DNA of 64,000 bases from an uncultured Candidatus Bathyarchaeia archaeon (GTDB lineage: Archaea > Thermoproteota > Bathyarchaeia > RBG-16-48-13 > GCA-020345945). The notes beneath the pieces were generated by a model. It was given only the letters and a program-made list of their open reading frames with translations. It had not been told where the DNA came from and searched no databases. Each line of letters starts with the position of its first letter. Within the stretch, counting starts at the first letter, position 1. This document shows positions 60,410-64,000 of this stretch, piece by piece. Position numbers and translations under genes: made by a program. The stretch covers positions 11,248 through 75,247 of the forward strand of contig CAZBVH010000001.1 in NCBI GenBank assembly GCA_964495315.1, in the 5' to 3' direction.

Positions 60410-63091
60410 TCAGATGTCTCTTCTAAGAGTCTCAATTATGCTGAGTCTCATTGCTTTGTAGGTCGGGTAGACTGCTCCGAGCACGCCCATCATAAACGCA
60501 CTGGTTATCGCTATCTGTATCGGGGTGAAAGAAAGGAAGTAGACCATTTCGAAGCCCCACAGGCTCACCCAATCAACGATAACCTGATAGAGCTTGACTG
60601 CGATTGGAATGCTCACAGCGAGTCCAAGAACAGTCACAGCTATCACCTCTACCAGGATCATCATTGCCAGTTGCGAGTATGAAGCGCCCATTGACCTCAG
60701 AATCGCGATCTCCCTCTTTCTGTCGTCGACGTTCATGTTTGTGGTCACCGCGATGCCGAGGACACAGACTATGAACCCGGAGATCTTCATGACCTCGTAC
60801 ATTGCCAGCTCCTCCGCTATGTGTTCATCTAGGTCCTGGAGCAAGTCCTCTCGGGTCATTATCCCTACTGGATATCTTCCCTCGAAACGTCTCTTGATCT
60901 CATCCTTGACGTGGGCAAGCCGGTTCTTGTACTCATCTCTTACCTCAATAAAGAAGACATTCGCGTAGTCACCTACGTTTCCGAACTGGCCGGTAAGGGT
61001 ACTGTAGGACACGTAGCATGGATCTCCCAAGCCAGGGGCACCGAAGGCAAATATTGCGCCGGGATTAGCCTCCGCTATACCGATCACGCTGAACCTGCGC
61101 CAGATGGGCACATAGAAGATCTGTCCTGCGGCCAAGACCCGTTCGGCTGATAGGATCTCAACCGCGCTGCCCCGCCTAAGATCCCCCAGCGAGGAGGCTA
61201 CCGCACGAGAGAGTATCACTGTATTGGGTTGCATCAACTCGTAGTACACGCTAGGCGGTGTATCCGTGCTAAGCTTGACGTCCATAACCTTAGGGAAGGA
61301 GCGAACATCGATGCCCATCATCGGCGCGGAGAAGTTTCCTGCTCTGCCGTCTGGAACCCTAAGCCTAGTCTCGAACGATATGGTCGCGGTGACAAACTCG
61401 ACGTAGCGGCCTCCGCCAAGGTTCTGGATCTTCTTGTGGAAGTCAGCCGGAATCCTCTCCTCGCTAAAGACAACTATGTCTGCGGGAAAGAGCCGTTTCA
61501 TATTTTTCTCTATACTGATGTCCATCGATCCCATTTCGAATTCTGCCACCATGTAGAACGTCAAGGCTACACATATCAAGGAGAGGCTTACAGCCGTTCT
61601 AGTCATGTTTCTTCGAATACTCTTGGATGCGAAGCCTCCAAGCCTCCCCAAGATTGGTTGAGAGAGATATCTCCAGAGGACCGCGTATATCCTAAGGCAC
61701 CCTACTGCGAGAGCGACGCCTCCAAGTATGAATGCCGGCAATGAGAACATTGGAAGTATCTCTGCAGAGATTCCTAGGAGTGTCGTCCCAGGGTCCCGAA
61801 TCTTCGACAACTGATTTGCGCCCCAAAGCAAGATCAGTCCCAGCACTGCAGAGAAGATGGGTAACCATTTCTCATCGGCAGACCGTCCTCCTCGCACCGT
61901 TTCGATGATGTTCTCCCGGGACGTCATAAGAGAGGGGACGATTGCTGCGATCACCGCTATTAAGGGTCCGACCACCACCCCGGCTTTCAGATAGGTTTCA
62001 CTGAAGACTATCTTGACATACTCGGCGGCAGGGGCGGTCTCTGGGCTTGAAAGAATGAGCGTGGCCGCTGGGCTGATGAAAGCCTCAGCCATGTATATCG
62101 CTAGTGCCGTTCCGATGAGCGCTCCAGCTATGCTGGCTATGACTCCGATGAATGCGGCTTCGCTGATGAGCATCAGGAAGACCTGATTCATGGTCATGCC
62201 GAAGGATCTGAGGGTTCCTATCTCGTATATCCGACCCTTTGCGTTCATGTATTGCATATTGAAGATCAAGACGGCGGCGATTGTGAAGGCTATGATTGCG
62301 TAAAGCAGGCTGTCTATCGAGTAGCCTTCCATGAGCTCCTCAATCTGTTGCAGCATCTGTTTCCTGACCGCGGAGACTTTATACCTATAGCCCAGCTCTC
62401 CTTCGAGTCTTTCCACGACCCGGTCTACATCTCTGAAGTCCCTGATCTTGGCGATCATCATCGTGAGTCTTCCATAAGTCTTGAAGATCCTCTGCGCCAT
62501 TGGCAGGTCAATGTAGATCCTCTTCCCGATCTCCCCGAGTCCCTTGAGCAGCGGTGGGGGAAGGTAGACTCCTGCAACCTTGAGTTCGTAGTACTCCCCG
62601 AGTACACGTATCTTCATGGTATCGCCGATACCAAGGCCAAACCTAGAGTCGACGATAACCTCGTTCCTCTCGAGGACCCGTCTTCCCTCGATCTTTGTAT
62701 ACCTCTCATCCATGTAGTCGTAGTCGCCCTGAGCGACTCCAATTACGCTCACGTCTTCTTCGTATTCTTGTCCTGCAGTCTGGTTCCAAAAGGAGACTGT
62801 TCCTCGACCTTCCACTCTTCCCGCTGCATCAGTGATATTCGCCATCGACCTAACCAATTGGAGCGTCTCTATGGGGAAGGATTTCCCAACAGCCGAGGTT
62901 ATGCTGATGTCAGCATTCCCCGTCGCCCGAATCGCGAGGTCTTTGAAGTTGCGACTGGCGCTCTCCAGAACCGTGCCTATCGATACGAGAAGGATCACGC
63001 CTAGCAGGATCCCGACAAACGATAGCGCATTCTTCCTCTTTCTCCTGATGATGCTCTTAGCCGCATACCTGAGGACGAAGGGTGGTGACAT
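60410..63091 (-). CDS. FtsX/MacB-type ABC permease with duplicated domains (paralog of 14259-16913)
   Basis: RIYEIGTLRSFG and DRKREIAILRSMGA repeats. Shared FWN.T and PIWR.F.VIGI segments. Confidence 0.92.
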   Translation of the reverse strand: MSPPFVLRYAAKSIIRRKRKNALSFVGILLGVILLVSIGTVLESASRNFKDLAIRATGNADISITSAVGKSFPIETLQLVRSMANITDAAGRVEGRGTVSFWNQTAGQEYEEDVSVIGVAQGDYDYMDERYTKIEGRRVLERNEVIVDSRFGLGIGDTMKIRVLGEYYELKVAGVYLPPPLLKGLGEIGKRIYIDLPMAQRIFKTYGRLTMMIAKIRDFRDVDRVVERLEGELGYRYKVSAVRKQMLQQIEELMEGYSIDSLLYAIIAFTIAAVLIFNMQYMNAKGRIYEIGTLRSFGMTMNQVFLMLISEAAFIGVIASIAGALIGTALAIYMAEAFISPAATLILSSPETAPAAEYVKIVFSETYLKAGVVVGPLIAVIAAIVPSLMTSRENIIETVRGGRSADEKWLPIFSAVLGLILLWGANQLSKIRDPGTTLLGISAEILPMFSLPAFILGGVALAVGCLRIYAVLWRYLSQPILGRLGGFASKSIRRNMTRTAVSLSLICVALTFYMVAEFEMGSMDISIEKNMKRLFPADIVVFSEERIPADFHKKIQNLGGGRYVEFVTATISFETRLRVPDGRAGNFSAPMMGIDVRSFPKVMDVKLSTDTPPSVYYELMQPNTVILSRAVASSLGDLRRGSAVEILSAERVLAAGQIFYVPIWRRFSVIGIAEANPGAIFAFGAPGLGDPCYVSYSTLTGQFGNVGDYANVFFIEVRDEYKNRLAHVKDEIKRRFEGRYPVGIMTREDLLQDLDEHIAEELAMYEVMKISGFIVCVLGIAVTTNMNVDDRKREIAILRSMGASYSQLAMMILVEVIAVTVLGLAVSIPIAVKLYQVIVDWVSLWGFEMVYFLSFTPIQIAITSAFMMGVLGAVYPTYKAMRLSIIETLRRDI

Positions 63092-63118
63092 ACTTTTGCT
63101 CCTCCATTGAACTTCACG

Positions 63119-63823
63119 TTAGGGATTCAGGACTCTCTCCCCTTTGATCATCCCATCCCTCATCTGAACAATCCTGTCCGCGTGCTCAGCGGCAACAGGA
63201 TCGTGGGTGACCATGATCACGGTAACCCCTTCCCCTTTACATAGGTCCCTAAGTTCGCCTACGACCTCATGCCCGGTCTTTGTGTCGAGATCTCCGGTCG
63301 GTTCATCTGCAAGGACCAGGCTCGGATGATTAGCCAATGCTCTCGCTATTGCGATCCTCTGTTGTTCTCCCCCGCTCAGTTCGTCTGGCTTATGAGTCGC
63401 TCGGTCCGTAAGACCGACCATCTTCAACAATCTATCCGCTCTCTCCTTACGTTCTTCTCCTGGAACGCCGGCAATGTCCATTGGCAGCTCCACGTTCTCC
63501 CTAGCTGTGAGGATGGGGATCAGGTTGTAGAACTGGTAGATGAAACCGATCTTGCGCCTCCTTATCCTGACTTTGTCTGATTCGCTCAGTTTTGAGAGGT
63601 TCTCCCCATCGAGGATTACGCTGCCTTCAGTGGGGGAGTCCAAGGTTCCTACGATGTTGAGCAGGGTGGTCTTTCCAGAACCTGACGCCCCCATTATCGC
63701 TAGGAGTTCTCCCCGTTTGACCTCCAGATTGACTCCTCTTAAAGCCTCGATATCCAACTTGCCCAGCCTGTAGGTCTTACGAAGGTTACTCACTTCCAGA
63801 ATCGGCTTCTCAGTCTCGTCCAA
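63119..63823 (-). CDS. ABC transporter ATP-binding protein (MacB/LolD type; paralog of 13544-14254)
   Basis: GASGSGKTT, LSGGEQQR, LADEPTGDLD. Start inferred at TTG (LDETEKPILEV). Confidence 0.93.
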   Translation of the reverse strand: MDETEKPILEVSNLRKTYRLGKLDIEALRGVNLEVKRGELLAIMGASGSGKTTLLNIVGTLDSPTEGSVILDGENLSKLSESDKVRIRRRKIGFIYQFYNLIPILTARENVELPMDIAGVPGEERKERADRLLKMVGLTDRATHKPDELSGGEQQRIAIARALANHPSLVLADEPTGDLDTKTGHEVVGELRDLCKGEGVTVIMVTHDPVAAEHADRIVQMRDGMIKGERVLNP

Positions 63824-64000
63824 AGGGATCTGCCTGCTCCTGTTTTCTGATGACGTCGTGTCTTTTGAGGCTGCCTGTCTTATCCAGAATTCATGAGCAG
63901 TGTACTTAGGATCGATGTCTCTGTTGAGGGTGTGGCTTCGGGTCTTTTCATTCCCGGCGTAACAATCGACCACTGTCGACACTCCTTGACGTGCTGACCT

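Noticed and set aside
60113..60410. Intergenic region as a possible ncRNA or tRNA
   Set aside because: No cloverleaf, T-loop consensus or convincing stem structure is visible.
62252..63004. 250-aa plus-strand ORF, and similar long antisense ORFs such as 42548-43249 and 18455-19096
   Set aside because: Antisense shadows of well-supported genes.

Overview
Gene-dense, moderately GC-rich archaeal chromosomal segment. TTG/GTG starts, GGAGG/GGTGA RBS, TATA-type promoters and gene content suggest Bathyarchaeia (inference). I see no rRNA, tRNA, CRISPR array or transposase. The window is a patchwork of anaerobic catabolic and cofactor modules: (1) tungsten aldehyde:ferredoxin oxidoreductase with MoaD, a radical-SAM maturase, a TusA-DsrE-CoA-disulfide-reductase operon and a divergent MoeB/ThiF, with a perfect palindrome in the shared promoter; (2) two paralogous MacB/FtsX-type ABC systems; (3) corrinoid methyltransferase parts, namely a UroD/MtaA-like protein with a corrinoid protein, and a distant pyrrolysine-free MtmB homolog; (4) a HisD-paralog (HpsN-like)/SDR/nucleoside-hydrolase operon; (5) a CoxMSL-type Mo hydroxylase with MocA, XdhC and MoeA, interleaved with LLM oxidoreductases, an M24 hydrolase, an atypical cysteine-synthase-like enzyme, a ThDP enzyme and an HpcH aldolase; (6) sugar-acid enzymes (three enolase-superfamily proteins, RraA aldolase, AraD1/GguC, ThuA); (7) a PadR-regulated heterodimeric ABC exporter with a visible operator array. 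At least five gene remnants or frameshifted genes and three apparent CTG starts are visible. All product calls come from motif recognition; no database searches were run.
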